IMG/VR virus record: IMGVR_UViG_3300025889_009691
Span: 26,292 to 90,291 of that record
Reading direction: 5' to 3' (one strand)
Length of the DNA: 64,000 bases
Source of the DNA: a virus
The position numbers and the translations under genes are program-made. Positions 37,559 to 48,300 of the stretch are shown here, piece after piece (within the stretch, counting starts at the first letter, position 1; the number at the start of each line of letters is the position of its first letter). The notes under the pieces were generated by a model. That model worked only from the letters and a program-made list of their open reading frames with translations. It was not told the DNA's origin and made no database searches.

Positions 37559-38582
37559 ACCCAAAGCTTACACGTTTGATGATGTGCTAATTGTTCCGAA
37601 GTATTCGGAAGTGCGAAGTCGAACAGATGTAGACTTGTCCGTAAAACTAGGCAAGCATCATTTAACGATGCCGTTGATCGCCGCCAACATGGACACAGTA
37701 TGTGGTCCTATCATGGCTAGCGAAATGGATCGTTTGGGTAGCTTTGGGGTCATGCACCGAAACATGCCTCTTACTTCCAGTGGTGACCCGTTGACAAGTA
37801 CACGGTTTGGTTCCGTTGCTGGACGAACTATTAGGTCAGCAGTTGCTTTTGGAGTTAACGAAGACCTAGACCTTGTTGTGAGTGAAGCAAACAGTTGGCG
37901 TACCCAAATTCTGGTACTAGATATTGCTCACGGTCACAGCAAGCACGCTTTGAATGCCCTGCAGTACGTCATGTCAGGGATTGAACATGAAGCCACGTTT
38001 ATTGGCGGAAATGTTGCTACTCGTTCAGCTGTTGAAGATTTTGCTAAGATTGGTGCAGATGTAGTGAAGGTCGGCATTGGTCCTGGCAGCGTGTGCTCTA
38101 CACGGGTGGTTGCAGGCGTTGGTGTTCCGCAGTTGACGGCTATTGCAGATTGCTCTATAGTAGCAGATGCGGTAGGCATTCAGGTTATTGCTGACGGCGG
38201 AATCAAGACGCCTGGAGATGCTGCTAAGGCTATTGCTGCAGGTGCTGATGCTGTCATGATCGGCGGCATGTTTGCTGGAACTGACGAAGCCCCCGGAAAG
38301 AAGTTTACTCTGGAAGACGGCACTGTGGTCAAAGAGCACCGTGGCATGGCGTCTGCTGAGGCAGGCTCTGCTTTCCCTGAGGGTGTTTCAGGGGTTGTGG
38401 CATCAAAGGGGCCGGTTGCGGATGTAGTGGAGTCGATTAACCGAGGTATCCGCTCTGCTTGTAGTTATGTTGGTGCTAGCTCACTGGCGGAGTTGCAGTC
38501 TAATGCAGAGTTTGTTGAAATATCTCCGGCTGGTTTGCGAGAATCCGCTCCGCATGATATAATCAACGCTAACTTATGGTAA
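37548..38582 (+). CDS. IMPDH/GMP reductase family enzyme without a CBS domain
   Basis: [53 protein letters not shown]; alternative start at 37533. Confidence 0.9.
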   Translation: MKIRPKAYTFDDVLIVPKYSEVRSRTDVDLSVKLGKHHLTMPLIAANMDTVCGPIMASEMDRLGSFGVMHRNMPLTSSGDPLTSTRFGSVAGRTIRSAVAFGVNEDLDLVVSEANSWRTQILVLDIAHGHSKHALNALQYVMSGIEHEATFIGGNVATRSAVEDFAKIGADVVKVGIGPGSVCSTRVVAGVGVPQLTAIADCSIVADAVGIQVIADGGIKTPGDAAKAIAAGADAVMIGGMFAGTDEAPGKKFTLEDGTVVKEHRGMASAEAGSAFPEGVSGVVASKGPVADVVESINRGIRSACSYVGASSLAELQSNAEFVEISPAGLRESAPHDIINANLW

Positions 38583-40510
38583 ACGAAGACTCTATTACAC
38601 TTTTTGATGACTGGCTACATGCGACCGCACACGGCGACAACGCTTTAGGAGAAGTCGTTCTGGTTCGTTCAGACGACGCCTTTAGTGATTTTCGTGACTG
38701 GTTGCTTGAGCGGCAGCGCCCTTTGGCCTACGACATTGAAGCGAGCGGCCTTGATACGTATTCGCCTGAATGGGTAATTAAGAGTATTCAGTGGGGCGAC
38801 CAAGACAAGGCGTTTGTTTTTATCTGGAACGAACCGTGGTTTCAGAAGTCCATTGATCTGGTTATGAGCGAGACAGACTATAGGCTTCTCGCACACAATG
38901 CCACATTCGATGCGCTAGGTCTAGATCGTCACAACCACGTTGATGCTATAGAGCTTCTGGCTCGCACATATGACACGAAGATTTTGGCGCATTTGGCTGA
39001 TCCTCGCAGCCGTCAAGAAGGCGGCGTGGGACACGGCTTGAAGAACTTGGCTGCCCATCATGTAGATAAGTCTGCACCTGACTCTGACTCTGCTTTGAAA
39101 GAAGTGTTTCAACAAAACAAATGGTCAGTTCAGCAGGGTTGGAAAAACATCCCTGCGACTCACCCTACTCTTGTGCAGTATGCAGGTATGGATGTTATTT
39201 TGACTGCGAGACTTTTTCCTAAGTTGCGTCAGGAGATTAAGCGTCAAACGATGGATCATCTTGTGAAGTATGAGCATCAAATTCTTATGCTTGTTGCTGG
39301 TATGGAACGACGTGGTATGCGTATTGATATTGAATACGCTAAGCGTTTGGTAGAAGACATGACTAAGGAAGAGCATCGCAATATTGATATTGTGAAGAGC
39401 TTTGGTGTTGCTAATCACAACGCCACGAAAGATGTGGCGGCTGGGTTGCAGGCGTTAGGCGTGAAGCTACTTGAGACTACGAATTCAGGCGCTTTGAAGG
39501 TTGATAAGACTATCTTAAACGCTATTTGCGATGATGAGGATGCGGGCGATGCTAGAGTTCTTGCTCAGGCTGTTATGGCCGCAAAGAACAATGCAAAGTG
39601 GCGTGATTCTTATGTAACTGCGTCTCTGGCGTCTATGGATTCTAACGGCAGAGTTCACCCTAAAATTAACAGTTTGCAGGCGAGAACTGGTAGAATGTCT
39701 ATCAACAATCCTCCTTTGCAGCAGTTGCCTTCAGGAGGCGATGCTATACGTCGAATGTTCTTAGCAGAAGAGGGTTGCCGAATGGCTTCAATTGACTTTT
39801 CTGGTGTAGAGTTGCGTGTATTAGCGGCCCTATCTCAAGACCCTGTTATGCTAAAAGTCTTTAAGGAGGGCGCTGACCTTCACCAGACTACGGCGGACAA
39901 CACGGGCGTGACTCGTAAAGTAGCCAAGACTGTTAACTTTGGTAAGGTTTACGGGGCAGGACCTAAAACTTTGGCTCGTCAATCAGGTCTAACTGTTGAA
40001 GAAGCCCAGAAGGTTTGTGACTTGTTTGACAGCACATATCAAGGTGTAACCAAGTTTTCGCACCAGTTAGCGTTTCCTGTTAAGAAAGGTCAGCGTAGTT
40101 ACGTTGTGACCCACACTGGACGTAAACTGCCGGTAGACGAAGAGCGCCCCTATGCCGCCCTGAACTACTGTATTCAGTCCACGGCTAGAGATGTGCTTGG
40201 TAGAGCGATGCTGAAGGTGCATGATGCGGGCCTGTGGGATTACGCTGTTCTTCCCATCCACGATGAAATTTTGTTTAGTTTCCCTGAAGACAAGGCTGAA
40301 GAGCTTTGCCGTGAAGCAGGTGTAGTTATGGAGATGATTCTGAAAGATGTCCACATTTCAACAGAGCCTGACTTGGGTGGAAGTTCTTGGGGAACGTTAT
40401 ATACAGAAGGCGAACACGACGTGATTGAGTTGAACGATGAGGACCGCAGAACGTATGGCGACGAGCATCTCATTAAGCACCTGTTTGAGTCGCAAACGTT
40501 CGAGTTTTAG
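38576..40510 (+). CDS. polA: DNA polymerase family A with 3'-5' exonuclease domain
   Basis: YDIE, HNATFD, YA.MD, TGRMS..NP.LQQ, DFSGVELRVLA, RKVAKTVNFGKVYG, NY.IQ.TA.D, IHDE. Confidence 0.95.
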   Translation: MVNEDSITLFDDWLHATAHGDNALGEVVLVRSDDAFSDFRDWLLERQRPLAYDIEASGLDTYSPEWVIKSIQWGDQDKAFVFIWNEPWFQKSIDLVMSETDYRLLAHNATFDALGLDRHNHVDAIELLARTYDTKILAHLADPRSRQEGGVGHGLKNLAAHHVDKSAPDSDSALKEVFQQNKWSVQQGWKNIPATHPTLVQYAGMDVILTARLFPKLRQEIKRQTMDHLVKYEHQILMLVAGMERRGMRIDIEYAKRLVEDMTKEEHRNIDIVKSFGVANHNATKDVAAGLQALGVKLLETTNSGALKVDKTILNAICDDEDAGDARVLAQAVMAAKNNAKWRDSYVTASLASMDSNGRVHPKINSLQARTGRMSINNPPLQQLPSGGDAIRRMFLAEEGCRMASIDFSGVELRVLAALSQDPVMLKVFKEGADLHQTTADNTGVTRKVAKTVNFGKVYGAGPKTLARQSGLTVEEAQKVCDLFDSTYQGVTKFSHQLAFPVKKGQRSYVVTHTGRKLPVDEERPYAALNYCIQSTARDVLGRAMLKVHDAGLWDYAVLPIHDEILFSFPEDKAEELCREAGVVMEMILKDVHISTEPDLGGSSWGTLYTEGEHDVIELNDEDRRTYGDEHLIKHLFESQTFEF

Positions 40511-40583
40511 GTCTTCATTAGAAACAAAACTGTGGTGTTACTAACAAAGCTAGTCATTTACCCGCAAAAGTTACTGGTCGGGC

Positions 40584-40612
40584 TTGACTGTACTACTGAT
40601 TTGGTGTAAAAT
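40584..40612 (+). promoter_or_regulatory. Sigma70-type promoter of the sigma gene
   Basis: TTGACT-17-TAAAAT. Confidence 0.75.
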
Positions 40613-40696
40613 CGGACCCGACTAGTGTCCAAACACAGTCAAATACCTACCATCGTCATATATACGGCCACTTTGGCCAAAGAAAGGAGTACGTTA

Positions 40697-41620
40697 ATGT
40701 CAGGATACAAGAGGAGTTCAAAGCACAAAATTCTTACCAGAGAAGAAGAAGTTGTGTTAGGGCGTACAGTCATTGAAGGGCAGGAGGCCGCTAAAGCATT
40801 GAATGATGCGCATATCGAAGGTATCAACTTAGATTTTAGTGAGCGCCGCAAGCTGCAAGTGGCTGTTCGTGAAGGTAAACGGGCCAAGGACACATTTGTG
40901 GAGCACAACCTTAGGCTAGCCATGGATACGGCTGCAAAGTACGCTAGGTCCCAGTCTCGTCTTGAGTACGAAGATTTGATCCAAGAAGCCACTATTGGTC
41001 TTATGCGGGCAGTAGATAAGTTTGACCCTGAGCGTGGATTCAAGTTCTCTACATATGCCACGTGGTGGTGTCGTCAGGCTTGTCAGCGGGCAATTGCCAA
41101 TTATGGCCGTGCTATACGTCTACCTATGCATGTTGAGGCTGATGTGCGTAAGTTGGCTGCTGTTGTTGATGAGTTTTCTACTTATCAAGATACTGTGTCT
41201 CGGCATGAGGTAGCAGAGTTTTTGGGCTGGGAGTTTGACTATTTGGAAGACATTTGGGAACACATGGACAACTCCAAGCTTGAATCTTTAGATAATCCTT
41301 TGTCTGAAGAGAGCGGTATCACGTATGCCGACACTCTTGTAGACAGCGATCAAACTCCCGTGGAAGATGTCGGAACTGAGTCTTCGTTCGCTAATGACAT
41401 TCTGAAGGCTTTGTCAATTCTTCCTGAACGTGAGTACAACGTGCTTGTCATGCACCACGGCCTTGCTGGCTTGCAGGAGCCTATGACTCTACAAGACATT
41501 GGCAACCATATGGGGCTGACTCGTGAGCGTGTGCGACAGTTGGAAGCTAAAGCTATTGCACGGTTGAGGCATCCCTCGTCTGGTGTTGCTTGGGCATTTA
41601 CGCAGAGCGAAGAAAACTAA
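40697..41620 (+). CDS. RNA polymerase sigma70 factor (group 1/2-like, regions 1.2-4)
   Basis: AAGGAG SD; LT.EEE..L, NLRL, DLIQE..IGL.RAV.KFD..RGFKFSTYATWW.RQ, IRLP.H, TL..IG...GLTRERVRQLE.KA. Confidence 0.95.
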   Translation: MSGYKRSSKHKILTREEEVVLGRTVIEGQEAAKALNDAHIEGINLDFSERRKLQVAVREGKRAKDTFVEHNLRLAMDTAAKYARSQSRLEYEDLIQEATIGLMRAVDKFDPERGFKFSTYATWWCRQACQRAIANYGRAIRLPMHVEADVRKLAAVVDEFSTYQDTVSRHEVAEFLGWEFDYLEDIWEHMDNSKLESLDNPLSEESGITYADTLVDSDQTPVEDVGTESSFANDILKALSILPEREYNVLVMHHGLAGLQEPMTLQDIGNHMGLTRERVRQLEAKAIARLRHPSSGVAWAFTQSEEN

Positions 41621-41662
41621 TATTTGCATGACTGCCTGACTAGTGCTATACTTATAGCCCTA

Positions 41663-41745
41663 GCCCCCGTGGCGGAATTGGCATACGCAGCGGACTTAAA
41701 ATCCGTCACCTTTATGGTTTGTGGGTTCGAGTCCCACCGGGGGTA
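41663..41745 (+). tRNA. tRNA-Leu(TAA), CCA not encoded
   Basis: GCCCCCG/CGGGGGT acceptor, CTTAAAA anticodon loop, long variable arm, GGTTCGAGTCC. Confidence 0.93.
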
Positions 41746-41764
41746 CTACTATTGAAAGGAAAAC

Positions 41765-42307
41765 ATGAACATATTTGTAGTAGACCAAGACCCTGTTGTA
41801 GCAGCTAACTCGTTGTGCGACAAGCATGTACCTAAGATGATTGTGGAAACCACGCAGATGCTTGTGTCTGCTTTGCGTCGCCATGGTGCATCAGATGACG
41901 ATGTTCCTTTAACAAAGTCAGGTACCCCTCACAAGGGCGGTTACCCTAATCATCCTGCGACCCGATGGGTGGGTGACTCTCGCACTAATGCTGCGTGGTT
42001 GTTAGAGCACGGCTTTGGCTTGTGTTCGCAGTTTGAACTTCGCTTCAATAAAGAGCATGCGTGTTTTACGCAACTTGAAACAGTGATGGACACTCTAGAC
42101 TTCATTCCTGACCACGGTTTAACTGATGTGGCGTTGTGTGTTGGTGAAGAACTTCAGAATGGCCGCACCCATGCCCCTATTGATGATGCTGTGCATGTTT
42201 ATAGAAATTTCTATAGAATAGACAAGGCTGAGTTTGCTAAGTGGGACAAGGGTGTAGATGCCCCTGTCTGGTGGCAGGCGAACCAACTAGTTGACACGAC
42301 GATTTGA
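41765..42307 (+). CDS. Pyrimidine-dimer DNA glycosylase/endonuclease V-like family protein
   Basis: MNIFV.D.DP..AA..LCDKHV.KM.VE..QML, NHP...W, YR.FY...K...A.W....P.WW. Confidence 0.75.
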   Translation: MNIFVVDQDPVVAANSLCDKHVPKMIVETTQMLVSALRRHGASDDDVPLTKSGTPHKGGYPNHPATRWVGDSRTNAAWLLEHGFGLCSQFELRFNKEHACFTQLETVMDTLDFIPDHGLTDVALCVGEELQNGRTHAPIDDAVHVYRNFYRIDKAEFAKWDKGVDAPVWWQANQLVDTTI

Positions 42308-42325
42308 GAAAGATAACATATACAC

Positions 42326-42490
42326 ATGAGTGACATAAATATTGACCCAAACCTAGTAATTGCTGACCTACTTGACCAGATTAAGAAGCTGTCGGGTGAT
42401 AACGCTGTGCTTCGTAGTGCGCTTACGCAACTTCAAAACAGCATGGCAGAAGATACTTCAGCGATTGTGTCTAAGTCCGACGAAGACTGA
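42326..42490 (+). CDS. Small coiled-coil protein (54 aa; not in the ORF track)
   Basis: TTGACA-17-TAACAT-6-ATG; MSDINIDPNLVIADLLDQIKKLSGDNAVLRSALTQLQ... Confidence 0.65.
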   Translation: MSDINIDPNLVIADLLDQIKKLSGDNAVLRSALTQLQNSMAEDTSAIVSKSDED

Positions 42491-42527
42491 TAATTTCTTC
42501 AGTATACTATAACTGAGGAGGTTTGTT

Positions 42528-42872
42528 ATGTCTGCCGGTTCTTACAATTTTACCTGCGAGCAGGGCGCTACGTTTAGTAGAACTTTAACTGTCAAAGATA
42601 GTAATGGTGACGCACGTGATCTGAGTGATTACACTGCACGGATGCAAGTGCGGCGGCGTTTAACCGATACGTCAACCCTGATTGAGTTGACTACTGAGAA
42701 TGGTCGAATTTCGTTAAACAGCGAGGGTGAAGTCAGTCTGAGTATTGGTGCTACAGCAACAGCAGCGTTGTCTGATGGCGGCGTCTACGATTTAGAGCTT
42801 ATTGCGTCTGATGGCACTGTTGAGCGAGTTATTGAAGGCAACTTTGTTCTGTCTCTAGAGGTGACAAGATAA
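42528..42872 (+). CDS. Virion structural protein (BppU-N/Ig-like), paralogue of 51942
   Basis: GAGGAGG SD; AG.Y....EQGATF, DL..YTARMQVR, LTT.NGRI, YDLEL, R.IEG.F. Confidence 0.7.
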   Translation: MSAGSYNFTCEQGATFSRTLTVKDSNGDARDLSDYTARMQVRRRLTDTSTLIELTTENGRISLNSEGEVSLSIGATATAALSDGGVYDLELIASDGTVERVIEGNFVLSLEVTR

Positions 42873-43093
42873 TGTTTACTTATGACCACGGCATGTTAGC
42901 TGATGTAGCGTGGAGTGAATATATTGCTGTCAAGAAAGAAAACCTTGATTTGCGCTGCCAGTTAGAAACAGCCAAGCAGACTGTTGAGGCTTTGCGTACA
43001 CAGATTGATTCGTTAGCCTCCATGGTTGAAGCGCTGCAGGCTGATGCAGATGAAAGTGCTGATTGGGATGCAGAGTCTAAACTGGAACGTTGA
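42872..43093 (+). CDS. Hypothetical coiled-coil protein
   Basis: TAATG overlap; GAGG SD. Confidence 0.6.
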   Translation: MFTYDHGMLADVAWSEYIAVKKENLDLRCQLETAKQTVEALRTQIDSLASMVEALQADADESADWDAESKLER

Positions 43094-43400
43094 CGGGCAC
43101 AGACTCGTTTTAAACATAACGAAAAGCAATGTTGATATTGCCCCCGGTATCTGCCCTCATGGGGCAGTGCAGGGGGCACCTTGCTATCATGCAGGGGTTG
43201 ATGGTTGTGTCGTTAACTACTTTATTAATGTGTTTGGTTTAGAGACCAACACTGGCACTGTTCCTGCTTCGCCTTCTATTGAGATTGCTTGGTGCTCGGA
43301 GGGTAGCGAATGGGACGTTGATTTAGTTGAGTTTCTTATGATTCCGGTAGAGGACCCTCACTTTAAAGATTGGTTTGATTCTCAGCAGAGTAGTGCTTGA
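43068..43400 (+). CDS. Hypothetical Cys-containing protein
   Basis: ORF; start reassigned to ATG 43068. Confidence 0.55.
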   Translation: MQSLNWNVDGHRLVLNITKSNVDIAPGICPHGAVQGAPCYHAGVDGCVVNYFINVFGLETNTGTVPASPSIEIAWCSEGSEWDVDLVEFLMIPVEDPHFKDWFDSQQSSA

Positions 43401-43455
43401 GAAAGCCCCCAAGTTTTCGGTAGAATCATAGTAGAAGTTTTATTGGAGGAGTACC

Positions 43456-43761
43456 GTGGCACACGTAGGGCTTTCGTACCCGTTTAGGGTAGATAATGAC
43501 AATCGACGTTTTGGTACCGTTGCTAGCGATACGGACACATACAAGGCTGAGCAGATTCAGAGTTTTATTCGCACGCACAGAAACGAGCGTCTGATGTTCC
43601 CGGCGTTTGGTATTGTTGATCCCACGTTTGATAAGTTTGATGCAAGCACGTTTACAGAAGGCTTCAGCAACTTTTATAAGAGTAATGATATAAAGATCAC
43701 TAATGTTAGTACGGCGTCTTATCAGGGTGCTGTTACTGATGTTCTAATTGATTTCGAGTGA
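43456..43761 (+). CDS. Baseplate wedge protein, gp25/gpW-like
   Basis: GGGAGGAG SD; LSYPFR, T...ER.M.P.FG; precedes the J-like gene. Confidence 0.8.
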   Translation: MAHVGLSYPFRVDNDNRRFGTVASDTDTYKAEQIQSFIRTHRNERLMFPAFGIVDPTFDKFDASTFTEGFSNFYKSNDIKITNVSTASYQGAVTDVLIDFE

Positions 43762-43768
43762 GGGTAAG

Positions 43769-45388
43769 ATGGCTGATTCACCTGATGTTAGAGAGTATAT
43801 AGACTTAACAATTTTTGACGAAAACCCTGTCACGATTTTGAATGATATTCTGACAACTGGCCGTGGTTTGCTTCCAGAATGGCAGCCGCAGGTTGGTCAG
43901 ATTGAAGTGGTGTTGGCGGAGGCGTTTGCTGTCAGGTCGGCTGAAGTTGTGAACGCAATCAATCGTATCCCTGCTGCCACGACTGAAGTGTTACTGCAGT
44001 TGTTTGGGCTTACTCGTTCTGATGGTGTTAAGGCTACCGCTACTCTTAGTTTGACTTTTACTGAGACAGCGACGTTGCCTGCTGGTACAGAGTTTTTGTA
44101 CGTTAACGCAGTTTCTGGCGTGTCGTACATTTTTACGCTAGATGAAGATGCTTCTTTGACGGTAACTGCTCCGGCTGAGACAGCTACTGGCACGTTTGCG
44201 GTCACGGCTCAGACTGTAGGTACTGCGTATAATTTCTCCGCTGACGGTAACTCGCTTGCGTTGCTGGCTCGTACCGCTACCTTCTTAGAGTCAGCGTCGT
44301 TTTCGGTAAGCCCCTCTGGTGGCAAGAACGCTGAGACCGATACTGAGTACTTTAGTCGTGGTGTGACTCTTTTAGCAAGTTACACTTCTGCGGCTACTAC
44401 TGCTAACCAAATTAAGTATTATACTTCAGGCAATAAAACGTATGCGAACCGTGTGGGTGTGTTTAATCGCCGCAGGTACCGTGATCGTGACACTACGGCT
44501 GATTCTTATGGTTTCCACGATGGTTCGGTTTTGGTTGCTGTGGGTCAAACTGTGTCTAATGCGGCTTCAGCTACGCAAGAGCTTACTGTATCTGCAAGTA
44601 ACCTGAATGATCTTTATGAGTCGTTGGATGAGCGCACTCCTTCTGGGTTGACGATTGATGTGATGTCTGCTGAGCTTGCTGAGATTGATGTTACGGCTAC
44701 GGTTCAGAAGAAAACTGGTTTCACGGCTAGCACGGTTCAGACTGCTATTACGAATGCGCTTAAGGCTTATATTGAGCCTAACACTTGGGATTTTGATCAT
44801 TCTACTGTTCGACGTAATGAGATCATTGCGTTGATTGATGGTGTTGAAGGTGTGGATTATGTTTCGTCTTTGACTATGAACGGAAAGTCTTTGGTTGGGT
44901 CGGATAATGTGGGGTATTTTGCGGATGCTGGTGGTTCAAAGGCTTCGTTTACTATTGACGTAAACTCTGACGCAGCGTCTAAGACTTATATTGCGGGCGC
45001 TGCAGCTATTTTCTACGTTGATTCTACTAGTTCATCAGAAACTCCAGTTGTTTACTTGTACACAAATGAGGAATTCACAACGGACGGATCGGGTAATGCA
45101 ACCGGTGTGGCTTACACTGCTGTGGCTAACGGCCTTCTGTACAATGATGAAACCCGTGGTGGCTCTATTCCAGATGGCACCACTTCGTTTACTGCGGTTG
45201 CTGGCGATTGGGAGGATGCAACTACAGTCACGTTTGCTAGCACATCCACGATTAGCGGCGGTAGCGCTGACTCGTCTACGTTTACCCCGCTAGACTCCGA
45301 CACAGACCCCGCAGTCTCTACAGACATTGCGTTACGAAATCTGGGTACGCTTGTAATTTATGGTGACCTTTCCATAACAGTGGTGTAA
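43769..45388 (+). CDS. Baseplate J-like protein
   Basis: LPEW.P..G, G..R..G..A, LPAGT, A...G..YN, GG.NAET..EY. Confidence 0.85.
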   Translation: MADSPDVREYIDLTIFDENPVTILNDILTTGRGLLPEWQPQVGQIEVVLAEAFAVRSAEVVNAINRIPAATTEVLLQLFGLTRSDGVKATATLSLTFTETATLPAGTEFLYVNAVSGVSYIFTLDEDASLTVTAPAETATGTFAVTAQTVGTAYNFSADGNSLALLARTATFLESASFSVSPSGGKNAETDTEYFSRGVTLLASYTSAATTANQIKYYTSGNKTYANRVGVFNRRRYRDRDTTADSYGFHDGSVLVAVGQTVSNAASATQELTVSASNLNDLYESLDERTPSGLTIDVMSAELAEIDVTATVQKKTGFTASTVQTAITNALKAYIEPNTWDFDHSTVRRNEIIALIDGVEGVDYVSSLTMNGKSLVGSDNVGYFADAGGSKASFTIDVNSDAASKTYIAGAAAIFYVDSTSSSETPVVYLYTNEEFTTDGSGNATGVAYTAVANGLLYNDETRGGSIPDGTTSFTAVAGDWEDATTVTFASTSTISGGSADSSTFTPLDSDTDPAVSTDIALRNLGTLVIYGDLSITVV

Positions 45389-45397
45389 GGCGGAACT

Positions 45398-48300
45398 ATG
45401 TCCCATAGAGTTATCAACGCCTTTTCTAGAACAAATCGAGATTTTGACAACACCGGCAACTTCGCTACAAGCTTTGCTTCGTTTACGATAGATGTTGATA
45501 CAGACTTAAGTTCTGAGACAACTTTTGCTGCAGGCGACGCTAGTATTTCATTCACAGATTCCGGCACCGGTATCGTCTACTATTACGATAACGAAGAATT
45601 CACGACAGACGCTTCAGGGGATGCAGTAGGTGTGCAGTTTACGGCCACAGTTGCGGGCGCTACAGAAAACGACACCAACTACGGTGGTTACGTTACAGCA
45701 GGAACAACTAGTTGGGACAGAGTTTCAGGAGATTGGTCTGGTGTAACATCGTCCACGTTCTCAAACATTTCAGCCATTTCTGGTGGCTCCACTGCAAATG
45801 GTGAGTGGAAGATGTTGAAGGGTGACCGTGATAATCGATTAAAGGTTATTGACTTTCCCCTGTACCCTACATACATTCCGAATGAAGCAGCACCATATAG
45901 ACTTAACTCTTTAGTGGTGCGTGCAGGCGTTCAAGACCCTGTAAGCGATATTGTTATTGTTTCGCCGTATGTGGCTGTTGAGGCGGAGAAAGATTTTAAT
46001 GCGGGCATTGCTGCCGTGGCGGTTATTGGAGGATTTGATTTTACACTAGATGTTGAGTTTGCAGCTAACACTTCTGGATCGGCTGAAGACATTATTGCTC
46101 ATACAACTACGACTAGTGCGACTGAAGCCGCAGAAAGCAAGGCTTTTCCGCTGTTTGGTTACTTCAAGTCGCCGGTTGGTGCGCAGTATGCACGGTTGAA
46201 GGTTACGGTCAGCGGCATTGACACGGCGGCAATTTCTCGTAACGACATGTTTGCGTTGTTTGATCCGTTCATGACTTCTATCGGTATAGAAGAAATGGGG
46301 GATGTCTCAGCTAGTATTTACAACTCTCTACCGTCTTTCATGTTGTTAGACGACTTAAACATTAACGATCTTGTGTCTTCATCAGCCGGTTTTCAAGCTA
46401 ACCAGCCGCTACGACGCTACTTAGAAACTCTGGCTACTAAAGTAGACGAAGTTTATACAGAGTTAAAAGAATTTCGGTATGATCGTGCCATCGCAGGAAC
46501 AGAACACAAATCTAAACTAACTGATCCTGATACTGCCCTGTCAGCGTATCTATTCTGGCTTGCGTCGGTTACCGGCTCCACGTTGCTCATTAATTCGAGT
46601 GGGTTCTCACCGTGGGCTGCCCTGGAAGAGTATGAAGGTGCACCTGTATCTGGCGACCCTGGCGAATGGGAAGACTTAGAAAGTCTAGATGACTGGCTAG
46701 CTCTGCAAGACGTTGACCCAGACTTCTTTGATACCACACAAAGTTTCCGAGATCAGTTGCGTACAGGCTTTACCGGCTTAAACGGTGGCCGTCCAGACAC
46801 TATTGAAACTTTTGTGCGGACAATGCTTCAATCAGCTACAGCATCAACAGACGCTGTTGTTGTTAGAAACGAAGATATGGACAACCCCTTCAGGGTTGAA
46901 GTTTTGATTGACCCTAACTCTGATCCTGATCCTACTGGGTCGCTGGTTGCGGATGCGGTAAATAATGGGTTGTCGGCTGGAACGTTTGGTACAAAAACTA
47001 CTCAGGTAATGCAGTCGGGCCGTGGCACATATGATTTCTCTGAAGTAGTGTATCCCAATACGGAATCCGATGAGAATGCAGCAGGGTCGGTTATCTACGG
47101 GCAGCCTCTAATATCTGACTACGACAACCACATACGGCACATTGTGCTGAACACTACGTCAGCTTCTGCTTCAATTCCTGAGCTTGGCGGCGGCGTTGCA
47201 GACAGCCACTATGCTGCCGAGTCTGCTTACTTCTATGGTGATGTAAGTTCGTCCACACCTGGGTCGCTTACCACGGCTTCAAGCAGCCTTGCTGACTTGA
47301 GTGCCGCAACTTCCTACGACATTATTGCTGTCTTAACTGATGTAACTCCTCCGACGGCGGCAGTTTACTCAGGCACAGGTACCGGTACTCCTGACCCGTA
47401 TCTGTTTAGAGAGAAGCGGCTCATTGTTGCGGGGACCGACTCGTCAGGGTCAGACAATGACTGGGCGTTGTACATGGTGTCCGGGTTAACTCCTTCTGCT
47501 GACAACTCCGCACGGTTGTTGTTTGTCGATGGGTTCCAAACCGAAAACTCTACTAACTACGCTTACTCTGATCCGATTGACGGAACGATCTTTAGCCAGC
47601 ACAAAGACATTTGTGTTCGGTTCACGAAAGACGCTTCAAACAACTACACGTTTGCGATTCAGAATACTCTGTATGACGATTGGTCAGACAACACTATTGG
47701 TACGGGTTCGTTCACTCCTGTTTCGGCTTCAGGTGGTGCAGATTCAGGCGTGCAGGTTTTGGGTGAGTTAGACAACAGTTTGTGGTCTGACGCTAGCCCG
47801 CTGTCTTGCGCCGTGAAGCGGGTTATGTTGTTTAATTCAGAAATTGTGTTTACGGGAGAAAGCGATACTTCGTCTGCTGACCATGCTGTTGTGAACGGCG
47901 ATTCTGTTGATGACTACGGGTTGTTCTCGTACACTCCAACTATTGACATTGATCTTAGTGCCGTAACGAAATATGCGTCAACGTTCAATGCGACTTCTTA
48001 CGACTCAGGCACTACAGGCTCCTTGGCCGTTACCGTAAACACAGCGTCTTCAAACGACATTGATATTTTGGCAATGCGTAAGCACTCGACTTACGGATCG
48101 TTGTGGCATTTCGGCAACACTTACGGGTCAGGCAACGGCGACGATTTAGTGGTTTCAGGGTTGACTTCTGGTACATACGACTGGACGGTTTTCAAGATTA
48201 CTCCAAGCACGGGCGCTATTGATAGCTCCAGCACAGGTACTACAGGTGCAGGCGTTACATCTATTACGTTCAGCGCTGATGACTATAGTGGAAACACTGT

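Noticed and set aside
38576-40510. DpoZ-like polymerase and a Z-genome
   Set aside because: No purZ or datZ in the window; motif B has the ordinary Phe. Cannot be excluded for the rest of the genome
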